From Basidiobolus meristosporus CBS 931.73 (taxonomy: Eukaryota; Fungi; Basidiobolomycota): DNA of 64,000 nt. The notes under the pieces were generated by a model. It was not told the DNA's origin. It searched no databases and was given only the letters and a program-made list of their open reading frames with translations. A program made the translations under genes and the position numbers. Location: the NCBI GenBank assembly GCA_002104905.1, contig MCFE01000481.1, positions 1 through 64,000 on the forward strand, read 5' to 3'. Of this stretch, positions 28,045-41,249 are shown piece by piece (within the stretch, counting starts at the first letter, position 1; each line of letters starts with the position of its first letter).

Positions 28045-29628
28045 CCCTATGAAAAATAATTTGGTCCTGCAGGTGGATCCAATCCAGATCTGCCATCAGG
28101 ATCCTGTTAAGAGACCATCACAATATCAGCAGCTTGGAATTAGTGACCCTCTTAGCAATCTTATGATGGGATCACAATGGCACTTTGCTAATTTTACTAC
28201 CAAATAAAGTGATAAAACTTGACAAGATTTGATTGGTGCTGTGACAAAAATTGCATGGTATTGTTGCGGTCTTATTGCGCTCTACAACCATTTTAAATGG
28301 ATCTAACCAGCCAGGACATCCAATTGCCTTATATGTCAAGAAACTTGACGGTATTTCAACAGCCTCACAGCAAGACTCTGATGGCATTATTTTGGCAGTA
28401 TGGCGGCCTACAGCTGGTTCTGTATAATGCTACCATACCAATTTATCAAATGGTTTTCCTTTTTCTACCTCCCCTTGTGCAATTCATATATTCTACTGTA
28501 GAATCACCCCTCTTTATTTGCTTACCCACTACCACCTTGGGTATTCCACATATAGTTCCAGTCAAAAAAAACTATGGCCTTGTGCTTACTAACCTCTACA
28601 AACATGCACACCTGCCGCAATTGACATACTTCTATCACCTCAACTTTATGGCTTTTTAGTGTGATACTTGCAAAGTTGCCATATACTGCGCACTGCTGGA
28701 AACATATACATCTTGCAAACATATGCTTGGTTGTTGCCACTTTTGCTATGACCTGTCCTCCATGTGCCAACTCATCACATACATGATGGACTTGAAGTTA
28801 ATATTCTTGATAAGACTGGGATATAGTAGTACCTTCAACTTGACTTGTTTTCCTATCTCTGCACTCATTCACACCATAGGAAACCCCCAAAAGGTGAAGC
28901 AAGGCCAAAAATTCTCTACACACTGTGCAAGATGGAGTAGACAATGGATGCAGTAGTGGCAGAGATATATGTGCTCAGCTTTATGTTTGTAGTATAGCCG
29001 CTCATATCCCATCACAAACTCCGCGCACAACAGCTGTAGATGCATCAAGTTGGCATTTGTGATCCACTTCTGGATAAATATTCCTACAATGTCCACATAT
29101 GGCTCTCTATGCTTCCAATGTACTCTTGGTAGGAATGGCTTCAGAATGCCACTTGAATCAATACATATCCAGGTTATCCAGTCTTTGCATTTGTATTGTT
29201 GCATATGCATATGAATATTGATTGGAGCCCATGAGAAGTACTTAGGGTAGCAGATACTCTGTAATATCTTGCCAATTCTTTCAAATTTCTCCAGTATCTC
29301 AAAGGGCTCATTTAGCTTGAAATGCCCCATGTACAACTTGGTCATCAATATAGGTATATTGTTGAACAGCAAATGCATTGCTCCCAGTGAAAAGCTTTGG
29401 CTCCAACAGATACCCTCTTTCTTAAGTATCTCCGGTTTCCAATTGATTCCATATTCAGGCCTATGGCCTATAGCTTGCCAACTTTGCTGCAATTGCATGC
29501 TGACTTCTGTACATTCTCTCTGCAAAAAGATGATGTTCATAGTGCTGGTGTATGGGTCATAATAATATGTGTGAGTTATTGAGTAAATCCCCTGGATCTC
29601 ACACATTCAACAGCAATACCATCCATTG

Positions 29629-30012
29629 TGTGAGTACTCAATGTAGTACCCACTCTTCGCCCAAGAGTTCTCCCAAGAGTTCCCTCCAGAGTCCTACCCG
29701 AAGTCCTCCAGTACCCTCCCTATGATTCCCCACGCGTCCTCCCCTCCTATCCCTGCCCTTATCTAGTTAGAACACTTACCATAACAGGAAGGTGTTCACA
29801 CCCCTATTTTATAACACATTGTCTATTGTCTAAGCCCCCAAGTGATATATATATCTACCCAATTGAACCAGGAAGAACAACAAGATTTGGACGAAATAAA
29901 CAGAAGTCTTTATTACCTTGCTACCTTCTATCGGAAGCTATTCTGAACCAAGTGGTACTGACTTGACCTACAAGCTCTCCCACTCACCAAGTACAGTCAG
30001 TAATAACCCACA
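29629..30012. mobile_element. Solo LTR (384 bp) with 5-bp TSD CATTG
   Basis: TG...CA ends flanked by CATTG at 29624-29628 and 30013-30017. Removing it restores the transposase sequence seen in copy D. Confidence 0.85.
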
Positions 30013-30338
30013 CATTGTGCCTGGAAAAGCCTGCTATCTTGCTGATGGCTGGGGTATCTCCAATGCAGTTAATTACATGTGCTTTTACATGATAGCCATT
30101 TACTGTTATCCCATTAGAAAGCATACAAAACTCATCCTGTAATGGATACAGGTAGCATCCAGGTTGGACAGTAATTTAGACCCAGATACCAGTGAGACTA
30201 CCATCAGATTATTGCTCTGATACCATGAGAGGAGCAGCAGATTCAGATTGATGAGAAACAGTGGCCAGCAGGATTTGCTGGTAGAGTGCTAGTTTAACAA
30301 GAATTCATCATGTGCTAAGGCAAAGGCATGGTCATATA

Positions 30339-33300
30339 TGTTGTAAGAGGCTTGGAGATATTGGAAGTGATTTGGGAGAGCAAGTCAATTATGTTGTAAG
30401 AGTCTTGGAGATATTGGAAGTGATTGGGAGAACAAGTAGATTATGTGGTTTTCACTTGATGATTTATTGAATATAAAAGTAGTATTTATACTTTTACATG
30501 GTCTTGGCATTACAAACACATAAAATAGGCTAAGGAAGGTCCCAAAAACATGTGTGCAAAGCTTGGGGCTGTTTGGACAACTTTCAGAATTTTCATGTTC
30601 TTGGTACCTGGTATTTTGGTGAAAATATATTAAGTAATCCCAACAAGAAATTTGGTCAGTATTCTCCAGAATTTGAAGGTAATGATCTAAGTGACTAAGT
30701 TAGGTGAGTATTTAGGTGGAATTCTGAATTTTTACAACACTTCCACTCAGCTAAATGCTCATACTGACTAGTCCTAATTTTGACCTAAGATATTCAAACT
30801 TGTCTCTAGCTAATGGTTTGGTAAATATGTCTCCAATCATTTCATCTGTAGAACAATAAACTAAGCTAAGTTATTTTCTATAGCTTCACATATGAAATGA
30901 TGTCTAATATCTATGTGCTTAGCTCTAGCATGAAAAGTTGGATTTCTATGTAATTGTATACATCTTTGATTATCTGGAAATAAAGTAATAGGCATTTTTT
31001 GACATAGGCCTAAATCTGTAAATGCTTTCTTAACCGCATTGCTTCTTTTGTAGCTTCACAGGCTGCCATGTACTCTGCCTATGTGGTACAAAGTGCTACA
31101 GCTGGTTGCTTTCTTGAATTCCATGAAATTGCTCCTTTACAGTAAAGAAAGGTGTATCCTGTAGTTGTTCTTCTGTCTTCTAAGCTTTGTTGCCAATCAG
31201 TATCAGAGTATCCCCCAAGATCCTGTTCTGAATCCTTATATGTGTATCTTAAGCAGATATTAGCAGTTCCCTTTAGATCTCTAAAAATCTGCTTAACTGC
31301 TGCATTATGATCAGATCCATAGTTCTGATTATGCTGGCTGACAACTCCCGCTGAATATGAGATATCTGGATGTGTTCCAAGCATAGTATACATTAGACTG
31401 CCAACCTTGGACTGATAAGGAAGGTCAGGGCTTTCAGATGGCACCAAGCTCTCTTGATTTGGCTGAGTTTTGACCAAGTTAAGGTTTGTTTCCATTGGGG
31501 TAGCTGCCGGCTTACAGTCTTCCATTTTGTACTTCTTTAGTATATCTTGAATATACTAGGATTGGCTTAGAGTAACAGTCTGGGTACTTGTGTCTATAGA
31601 GAACTTGATCACTAAGTAGTAACTAAGCTCTCCTAGATTGGACATTTTGAACTCCTTAGATAGGCTGGACTTAGCTACTTCCAACATTTCTAGTTTATTG
31701 GCAGCTACAGTAAATCATCCACATATAGAGCTAATAGAACTGGATTTGCTCTATCTGGCATATAGTATATACTATAGTCAGCTTTACTCCTTTTGAAACT
31801 CAAAGATTCTAAATAAGAATCTATCTTGCAATTCCAGGCTCTTGGTGATTGTGTAAGACCATATAGAGACTTTTTAAGCTTGCAGACCAAATGGGGGTTA
31901 TCTTGGTCCACAAACCCATCTGGCTGGTCCATGTACACATCCTCATCAACTTATCCATTCAAAAATGCAGCTTTTTCATCCATTTGATGAAAAAAAACTT
32001 ATATTTGGCTGCAATAACCAATATTAATTTGATGAAATTAAACTTGGCTACTGGTGCAAAGGTCTCAGTATAGTCTAGTCCTTTTATTTGAGAGTATCCT
32101 TTGTCCACAAGTCTTGCTTTGTATCTTTCTATTATACCATCAGCCTTGCATTTTGTCTTGAAGACCCCTCTGCATCCAATAGATTTTTAGTTGATTGGTA
32201 ATTTGACTAAGTCCCAAGTTTGATTTTCCATCAGGGCCTGATATTCCTCAGTCATTGCAGATCTCCAAAACTTTGTCTGAGGGCTACTTAGGGCCTCTAT
32301 TACAGTCTGGGGCTCATTAATATGGACTGAATAGGCATAGGCTAAGTTTGTACCCTCATTGATATAGTAATTAGGCTATTTCTTGTCTGATTGGACCTCC
32401 TGGCATTTGATGATGGAATGATCACTTCTGGGATATTCCAGGGCACTGATTCTGGCTGAACCACAGTTGCAGAGTCCTCTGGAGTGAAAAAATTTTCATT
32501 GTTTTGCTCTGATTCAATCCTGATAATTGGCAGACTTGAGATCAGATTTTGTCACTATTGGATGTCATATTTTGTGAAAATTTTAATTTTTCATCCAACA
32601 ACACATCTCTGGACTGATTAGCTTCTTTGCTTTATGTTGCAGAATTTGTATGCTTTACTTTCATTGCAGTAACCCAAAAATATGCATTTTAGACTTTTTG
32701 GTACAAATTTTGACTGATTTCTGAGCAGTTTCTTAGCCAATGCTGTACACCCAAATATTCTTAGATGTTCTGCACTTGGTCTGTACCCATATCATGCTTC
32801 AAGTGGTGTTGAATCACAAAGTATTCTGTGTTAACTCCTATTTTAAGGTATACTGCAGTGGCAACTGATTCTGCCCAAAAATCATAGGATAATTTTTGAT
32901 CATGGATCATAGATCTTGCCATATCTGTTATTGCTCTGTTAGCACATTATGCTACTCCATTTTGCTGTGGGGAGTATGGTACAGTAGTCTCTTGCTTTAT
33001 CCCAAGAATTTTGCAGAAGTGGATGAAGAGTCTTGAGGTATATTCTCCACTATTGTCAGAGTGTATTTTCTTGATTTTTTCACCTGTTTCTCTCTCCACC
33101 ATGACTTTGAGCTCCCTGAACTTAGACAGAGCTCCCACCTTTCTCTCCATGAAGTAATCCTACATGTATCTTGTATAATCATCAACAAAAGTGATTAGAT
33201 ACTTCATCCCGCCTAAGGATAAATTTGCATAGGTCCACAGACATCTGAGTGAATTAGTTCTAACTTTTTCTTAGTTTTGATCAACCCAGAGCTCTTGAAC

Positions 33301-35061
33301 AGTTGTCTGGCTAGTTTACCATATATGCAGGCTTCAGAGTGCTCCAAATTGGCTGGGGGATCAATCCTTACTCCAGAAATTTAGCTGATCTGTGATCATT
33401 TTGCACAAATAATCAAAATTGGTGTGCCCAAATCTCCTGTGCCAAAGTATTGGTGTTTCTTCATTTATGCTAATTCTATTGGCTTCCAGATATGATGGAA
33501 TATACGTCAGCTTGTAAAGATTCTGATCTCTGATATGCAAAGCAATATGGGCACCATTTTGATCAGTGATCTTGCATCCAGAATTGTCAAAGCTGAGACT
33601 GAGTCCTTCTGCAGTGGCCTTGCTTACAGATAGTAGGTTCTTGGCTATTTCTGGTACATAGAGTACTTCTTTAAAGGTAAGTGTATGGCTTCCTTCACTG
33701 CTTCTTAGCTTTACTTGGGTAGTTCCTTCTCCCACTGCATCAAGTGTTCTATCATCACCCATGAGAACTTTCTTAATTGGAATATCTTGATATTGGGAAA
33801 GAAGTTCTTTTTAGTGTGTAAAATGTTGAGATGCTCCAGAGTCAATGTACCATGTCTGTGAATCCTTGTTTGTGGTCATATTTAGTGCAGATATGAGTAG
33901 TCTATCTTCAGTTGTTGCAGCATATCAATATTCCGGCTTCTTTTGCTGATCATCTCTCTTTTTGAGACACCGGTATGATGTGTATCCTTTCCTTATGCAG
34001 TAGTTGCAAAATAGGTGGCTGTTACCTTTGTAGGGTCCTGGGTACCTACTTTGTTGGTTATCATTGCTTATTAAAGCATTTTCTTCTCCCTTCTTATTGG
34101 TGCTTGATTTTCTTAATTCTTCATCCAGGAGCCTTCCATATGCATAATTTAAGGTCAAATCTTCAGTTCTGGACTCTGGGCTGATACAAGGCCCTAAAAT
34201 TTGTCTGTCAAGCTATTCAGGATGGTAACTATCACATCCATATCAGTAGTTGGTACACCCACAGTTTTCATTTCAACTACCAGCAGGGTAATTGTGTTAA
34301 TTAGATGTTTCATTTCTTCTCCTGGCAGCATCTTTGTAGTAAAGAATTTTTGTCTCAGATACATTTTCTTAGCAGCTGAACATGACTGGTAGGTATCTTC
34401 TAGTGCCTTCCAGGCATTCTTTGCTGTTTTTGCTCTTGAACATTGAATTAGCAATTTATCTTTAACATTAGGCAAATGCAGTTAAAGGCACTTTGTTCTT
34501 TCTTCTGGTACTTTAAGGATACCTCTCCCATGTTTTTAAGAGGCCATTCTTCTCCCCTGACAGTATCCCAAAGACCTCTTTCTGTAGCAGCATCTTCATC
34601 TTCACCTTCCACACTTGGTAGTTGGATCCATTCAACTTTTCAGCAGAGCAAGAAATTCCAGTAATAGCAGTAGTAGACATTGCAGAGAGTGACAGCTTGG
34701 GGCTCATAGACTGTTGTAACAGTCTTGGAGATATTGGAAGTGATTTGGGAGAACAAGTAGATTATGTGGCTTTCAATTAATGATTTACTGAATGTAAAAG
34801 TAGTATTTAAACCTTCACATGGTCTTTGCATTACAAGCATGTAGATTAGGCTAAGAAAGGTCCCAAGAGCATGTGTGCAAAGTTTGGGGCTGTTTGGACA
34901 ACTTTGAGAATTTTCATGTTCTGGGTACCTGGTATTTTGGTGAAAATATATTAAGTAAATCCCAACAAGGAATTTGGTCAGTATTCTCCAGGATTTGAGG
35001 ATAATGATCTAAGTGACTAAGATAGGTGCGTATTTAGGAGGAATCACAAATTTTTACAACA
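30339..35061 (-). mobile_element. Ty1/copia LTR retrotransposon, full length but with stops and frameshifts
   Basis: LTRs TGTTGTAA..TTTACAACA at 30339(30392)-30739 and 34712-35061; TSD ATATA/ATACA. PBS-like GTCTATGAGCCCC overlaps the gag ATG. gag KLNGSNYQVWK, pre-integrase LWHRRFGH, integrase HSDNSGEY..PQQNGVA, RT KKSLYGLTQSPRAWN / LYVDDLL, RNase H GYSDTDW. PPT-like GAGTGGAAG. Confidence 0.93.
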
Positions 35062-36298
35062 ATACATACCTTCAAAGTAGCACTTGCTTCTTAGCTGTTT
35101 GTGATGTTTGCCATTTAATATATTGGATATATTTGTGCTTGCTTGATACTGATGTGCGGTACTGTTCATCTTTGCAACATTTGTTGGACTGCATCCACTT
35201 CCTCTGATGGGGTATGACTGGAATATATCTGGAGTGTAAACAATGTTTTCCCTCAATAGTAGTGGATTCCTGACAATTTAAACATGTTGCAATGGTAGCA
35301 TTTTTGGATGTGAATGCCATGCCACTGTTAACACATGGTGGAATCAGGACAGTCTCTGAATCATATGTTGCCAGCTGCATGAGAGTTGTCCACTTGTGCC
35401 ATGTATATGATGAGTTGCATCCTAGAATGATTTTGGCAAGAAGTAGTAATAAATCCTCAAAGCCCTCATTACTGATATTAATGGAAACACACCACTTCTC
35501 TGGCCACAACATTACATCATTCACCAGTAGATGGATTACTGGGCTAACCTGGCTCCACAAAGCATCCTAGGCATTTGTTTCAACTGGCATTGTCTCATTG
35601 CATATTGGGATTTGACCAGGCTCATATGTAGCACTGTTGCTAGCGGAGATAGGCTCACAGTTTCATCAATGAGCCTTCTTCATTGCAGCTATCACTTTGC
35701 ATGCCATATTTAGAAGGATGAGGTGAGCTCAAAGGTGCCACAAACTCACCAGACTCAGTTTGCACAAGGTAACAAGGTTATTGCCATGGGAAGATGATGT
35801 TCTTAGTATTTGTGTTTGGATAAAAAAATATATGTGAGTTTTGGAGTAAATCCCCTAAATCGCATAAGTTTGAGAGCAATACTGTCCATTATGCCCAAAA
35901 AGCCAGCTATGTTGCTGATGGCTGGGAGATCTTCAATACTACTGATAATCAGCACTTTAAAATGCCAGCCATTCACTGTATTCCCACTAGAATGCATACA
36001 AAATTTATCCAGCAATAGATACAGGTAGCTATTCAGGTGGGATGGAGATTTAGGCACATATACCAGTGAGACTACTATCAGATTATACTCTGATTTGGAT
36101 TCCTGCTAAAGTCATGTAAACAGATTGTTACAACTGAAATACTTATTAAGTGGTGGGTCTCAGTGGAGCTTCTTGCTGAGTATACAGTTGCACTTAATGT
36201 TAGTGTAGGGTATAGGGATTTGCATAGGTTAATACAATTGGCAGTTGAGGTACAACTGAAGCTCCAACAGAAATAAATCAATTTGTACACATGAACGG

Positions 36299-39200
36299 TG
36301 TGGTGGTGTAGAGGTACTCCGGGGAGAAGCTACACAACTCAAGGTGTGTGAGGTGCCCAATGGGTGCAATAACCTCTGTGTCTAAACTGCTGGTGTCTTT
36401 GTCAATATGTCACTATGATAAAAGCTCCTGCTTCTCTAGCTTCCTAGGTGCTCCAAGTGTCTCCAAAGGCCTCTGTGTGTCTTGTGCACTACCCTGAAAA
36501 GCTTCTTGATGGCAGGTTTGAGATGTACTGTTGAAGGCAGGTGCAGTGATCAACTGCTAATCAATAAGGTAGAAGTGTCACTGATAGAAGGGATGTTTGA
36601 TTGATGAGGGATTGCTTTCCCTTAAATACTTTTCCTGATTGCCAAGTGATTACTAATGACAAGGTTCTAAAAGATTCTAGGCATCAGTGGAATTCTTGAT
36701 GACATAACTATGAGCTAAAAATATGCCAAGAATGTCCTTGGAAGGTTCTAAAGGGCACAGCACATCCAACCAATCAGGAATCAGTAGTCTGAAACCTGTG
36801 CAACATAGAAATACCATATATGGTATTGAAATGATAGGGATGGTAACACAGACCTAGGTCATGTGTCATGGGTACTGACGCGGGTACTTGCCTTATGTAG
36901 ATACATATTATGATCACAAAGCTGAATAACATCTGGGATAACTAATGCTAATAACTAATCAAGGTAAACATCATATAGGGATAATGCTGATAATATGGGC
37001 AAAAGAAGAATGAGATAATACTGATAAGATAAAATATGGATAAGTTTATCATAATGACTATATGAATAAACTTGTCTGTGGGAGGTATGTTTACCCTACC
37101 ACATCCACCCCCCACTTGAGCTAAAAAGTTTCAGGGAACTTTTTAGCTAACCACTGTAAGTTTGGAGAACAAAGTGCTCTCTCAGTCTTCCTTAATGAAG
37201 CCACCTGTTCTTTCTTAGGGGTAGAAATCTACATGATGTCATTGATTGGATATTGTTTGAGTCCACACCACAGAAGGTTGCTGTTAGTCCTGGGCTCTCT
37301 GAGTATATTAGTATACCATGCTGAACCATCTGGGTAGTTCACTGCAGTTGCTATTGCTTTTACCTCCCATGGTCTTCCAAGAAGTAATTCAAATTTAGCC
37401 TTTGCACAAATGAATGCTGGGATCTCATGGGGTATTCCCTCAATGATGAGAGGAAAGCTGTGAATAATTCCTAAAAGCTTTGATTGCCCTGAGTTGGCAT
37501 CCTTCATGCTCCAAGTGATATTGGTGTCTATGGGCAATAGGTCTTTGCATGGTAGTTGTTTCCAAGCCTCCAAAGGCATCACACATATCTTCAGATCCAC
37601 TCTCTATATGACATAGGATTTCTTGATTATGCACAGTTCCTGTAGTTGTTGCAGTTGCCACTGAGTAGTAGTGTTTCTGGCTTTGATGCAGCTTACTGGT
37701 ATCTTGGCTTCCTTGAACTGTCCTGACCTAGTTACCTTGAGTTGCTTCAATTGGATGCTTTCTTATTCTGATGTGCTCATCCAGAGTCTTTCTTACAGAT
37801 GGTGATATACTAAGTAGCTCTCCAACCTTGATTGATATGTTGCTTCCTAGTATATGACTTGTCAGAGCCTCTGGGGTACCATTTTGCTTGACTCTAAGCT
37901 GCATGTGGTAGTTGTTGGCCTTGGCAGACTCTTGTAAAGTTAATGGGGGTGATGCTTTCTTTGCAATCACAACTTCTGGCTCACATCTTGGTACTTTTGT
38001 TGCTGGGCCTGGATTAGCCATTTTTTCAGAATGGTGTCTCTTTGAAGCATAAATTGAAGCTATATGATCCTTGGGCCTCTCTGGGGTCCTCATAGTCAAA
38101 GTTAAGAACTTCAGCTGGATTAAAGTAGTCAGAATCTTCTTCTTTATGGAGGTGCACCTGTTCTTGTATGAGAGGTGACTTGCTTGTAGTGAACTCTCAT
38201 TCCTCCTTGTCCAAATGCTGTGGATAATTTGTCACCATGCTTACTGACTATATATCCCTGAGGACTATATAGAACATCACCTATAGATAGTAATGACTGG
38301 AGCTCTTGGCAATTTCTCTTGGAATGGTTGGCAGAGTCACACCACATGCATGTATATTTGACTTCTTTCTCTACTGGCTTCTGACCATGTGCTTTGCTGG
38401 CAAGTAGCAAAGAGAGTTTCTCTAGTTGCTGTGTCAGTTCCTGAATCTGAGTGCTTTGATTACTAGGATTAAGTAAGTCTTGGCTATCTTGGTATTGTGC
38501 TGAGCTTGAAAGAAGCTTTCTGATTGGTGAGGTTTCTTCAGGAGCAAGTAGCATCTGCTTAGCTAACTGAAATGCAGGCAGTGAACTCATAGCTTTCACA
38601 GTAGGATTGTTTTCAATCCTTCTCACCAGGTCTTCTGGTAGTGCTCTGAGAAGATAGGCAGATAAAGTGAGATCAGTGATAACTCCTTGGGCTTTCAGTG
38701 ACTCTCTAATATGCTCAAGGCCACTCAAGTATTCTTTCAATGGTAGCAGCTTAAACTTGCTATAAGCAAAGTTCTCCAAGTCTTGAAGTGTGTAGTCAAC
38801 TTGTCTCTATCCATATTCATCAATCAAGTAGCTCTTCAAGAGGGTCTAATTTGTTAGCAGATCATTTCTTTCATATAATGAGAGCATGATCTCATCAGTG
38901 CTGTAAGGGGGCATCTCTTCAGCCATAATGGCCTTAGGTATTTTGTGAGCTCTGCAGAAAAGCTCCCACCTCTCAATGAAAGCTTTAACTTTAGTTCCAT
39001 GCAAAGAAAGGGGTTACTTGCATTCCTGGTAAAGGTATATCCATGGTCTTGATAATTTGTTCTTTCTTAAGTCTTCTAGGGGCAGTTCAGTCAAACCCCC
39101 TATGTTGGGTGCCAAATATGTGGTGGTATAGAGGTACTCCTGGGAGAAGCTACACAACTCAAGGTGTGTGAGGTGTCTGATGGGTGCAATAACCTCTGTG

Positions 39201-40129
39201 TCTAAACTGCTGGTGTCTTTGTCAATATGTCACCATGGTAAAAGCTCCTGCTTCTCTAGCTTCCTAGGTGCTCCAAGTGTCTCCAAAGGCCTCTGTGTGT
39301 CTTGTGCACTACCCTGAAAAGCTCCTTGATGGCAGGTCTGAGATGTACTGTTGAAGGCAGGTGCAGTGATCAACTGCTTAATCAATAAGGTAGAAGTGTT
39401 ACTGATAGAAGGGATGATTTATTGATGAGGGATTGCTCTCCCTTAAATACTTTTCCCGAATTGCCAAGTGATTACTAATGACAAGGTTCTAGAAGATTCT
39501 AGACATCAGTGGAATTCTTGATGACATCACTATGAGCTAAAAATATGCCAAGAATGTCCTGGAAGGTTCTAAAGGGCACAGCACATCCAACCAATCAGGA
39601 ATCAGTAGTCTGAAACCTGTGCAACATAGAAATACCATATATGGTATTGAAATGGTAGGGATGGTAACACAGACCTAGGTCATGTGTCACGGGTACTGAC
39701 ACGGGTACTTGCCTTATGTAGATACATATAATGATCACAAAGCTGAATAACATCTGGGATAACTAATGCTAATAACTAATCAAGGTAAACATCATATGGG
39801 GATAATGCTGATAATATGGGCAAAAGAAGAATGAGATAATACTGATAAGAAAAAATATGGATAAGTATATCATAATGACTAGACTTGTTCCATTGTGCAT
39901 TGATCATAGTGCAGAAAGTGCTGTATATTTGTTATTAATTTGATATTTTAGGTCATATGCATGTCAATTTGATCCAATTTGGCACTGTATGCACTATCTG
40001 CACTCTGTGGCATGATCAGGCACCATCTGGCATGCTGTGGCACTATTGGCACTATGATCAGCTGGAATGATGAAACAAGTCTACTATATGAATAAACTTG
40101 TCTGTGGGAGGTATGTTTACCCTTCCACA
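36299..40129 (-). mobile_element. Non-autonomous Ty3/gypsy-type element (gag and protease remnants only, ~2-kb internal region)
   Basis: LTRs at 36299-37103 and 39119-40129 (TGTGGTGG..CCACA), 4-bp TSD ACGG. PBS TGGCACCCAACATAGGGG resembles a decayed tRNA-Lys PBS; PPT-like AAGTGGGGGGTGGA. Zinc knuckle CMWCDSANHSKRNC, DUF4100-like GELLSISPSVRK, protease-like ELLLGRPW. No RT or integrase seen. Confidence 0.85.
39881..40082. mobile_element. 202-bp MITE of the PHIS/Pangu family, inserted in an LTR
   Basis: Ends AGACTTGTT..AACAAGTCT with ACT TSD (39878-39880, 40083-40085). The sister LTRs have the empty site GACTATATGA. Internal GCACTAT repeats. Confidence 0.9.
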
Positions 40130-40133
40130 ACGG

Positions 40134-40938
40134 TGTGGTGGTGTAGAGGTACTCCTGGGAGAAGCTACACAACTCAAGGTGTGTGAGGTGTCTGATGGGT
40201 GCAATAACCTCTGTGTCTAAACTGCTGGTGTCTTTGCCAATATGTCACCATGGTAAAAGCTCCTGCTTCTCTAGCTTCCTAGGTGCTCCTAGTGTCTCCA
40301 AAGGCCTCTGTGTGTCTTGTGCACTACCCTGAAAAGCTCCTTGATGGCAGGTCTGAGATGTACTGTTGAAGGCAGGTGCAGTGATCAACTGCTAATCAAT
40401 AAGGTAGAAGTGTTACTGATAGAAGGGATGATTTATTGATGAGGGATTGCTCTCCCCTAAATACTTTTCCTGATTGCCAAGTGATGACTAATGACAAGGT
40501 TCTAGAAGATTCTAGACATCAGTGGAATTCTTGATGACATCTCTATGAGCTAAAAATATGCCAAAAATGTCCTGGAAGGTTCTAAAAGGCACAGCACATC
40601 CAACCAATCAGGAATCAGTAGTCTGAAACCTGTGCAACATAGAAATACCATATATGGTGTTGAAATGGTAGGGATGATAACACAGACCTAGGTCATGTGT
40701 CACTGGGTACTGACGCAGGTACTTGCCTTATGTAGATACATATAATGATCACAAAGCTGAATAACATCTGGGATAACTAATGCTAATAACTAATCAGGGT
40801 AAACATCATATGGGGATAATACTGATAATATGGGCAAAGGAAGAATGGGATGATACTGATAAGATAAAATATGGATAAGTATATTATAATGACTATATGA
40901 GTAAACTTGTCTGTGGGAGGTATGTTTACCCTACCACA
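40134..40938. mobile_element. Third LTR in tandem with the gypsy element
   Basis: Complete near-identical LTR, separated from the previous LTR by ACGG (40130-40133) and followed by ACGG (40939-40942). Confidence 0.92.
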
Positions 40939-41249
40939 ACGGTAAGAGAAATAGTTCAGTAGGAAGTAAGGAGTGTGAAAAAGAGGCAATGGCCAATCAA
41001 TGTATACAAATGTAGGAGGTGATTAAGTGTATGGGATCAGAAAGTGAGCAAATTGGCAGAGAACCAATCAAAAACCACTTACATACTGTTGTGATGAGAA
41101 ATTTGACCAAGTTTTTTGTGAAATCTGGGGTGAAATTATTTTTCAATAGTCTCTGCATGGTGTCCTGACAGGATCAGTACCTCTTAGTAATGGGACTTTA
41201 AGTCTGTGATGGCCTTTTGATGGAATCATCACAATAACTTCTCATAGAG

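Larger units (their letters stand above)
28045..41249 (-). mobile_element. CACTA/EnSpm-like DNA transposon copy A (degenerate), interrupted by a solo LTR, copia and gypsy
   Basis: Terminus CCCTATGAAAAAT at 28045 and a mutated reverse terminus ending at 41249. Transposase_21-like remnants lie on the minus strand at 28480-29628, 30013-30338 and 35062-35740. The sequence rejoins across each insertion when compared with copy D. Confidence 0.75.
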
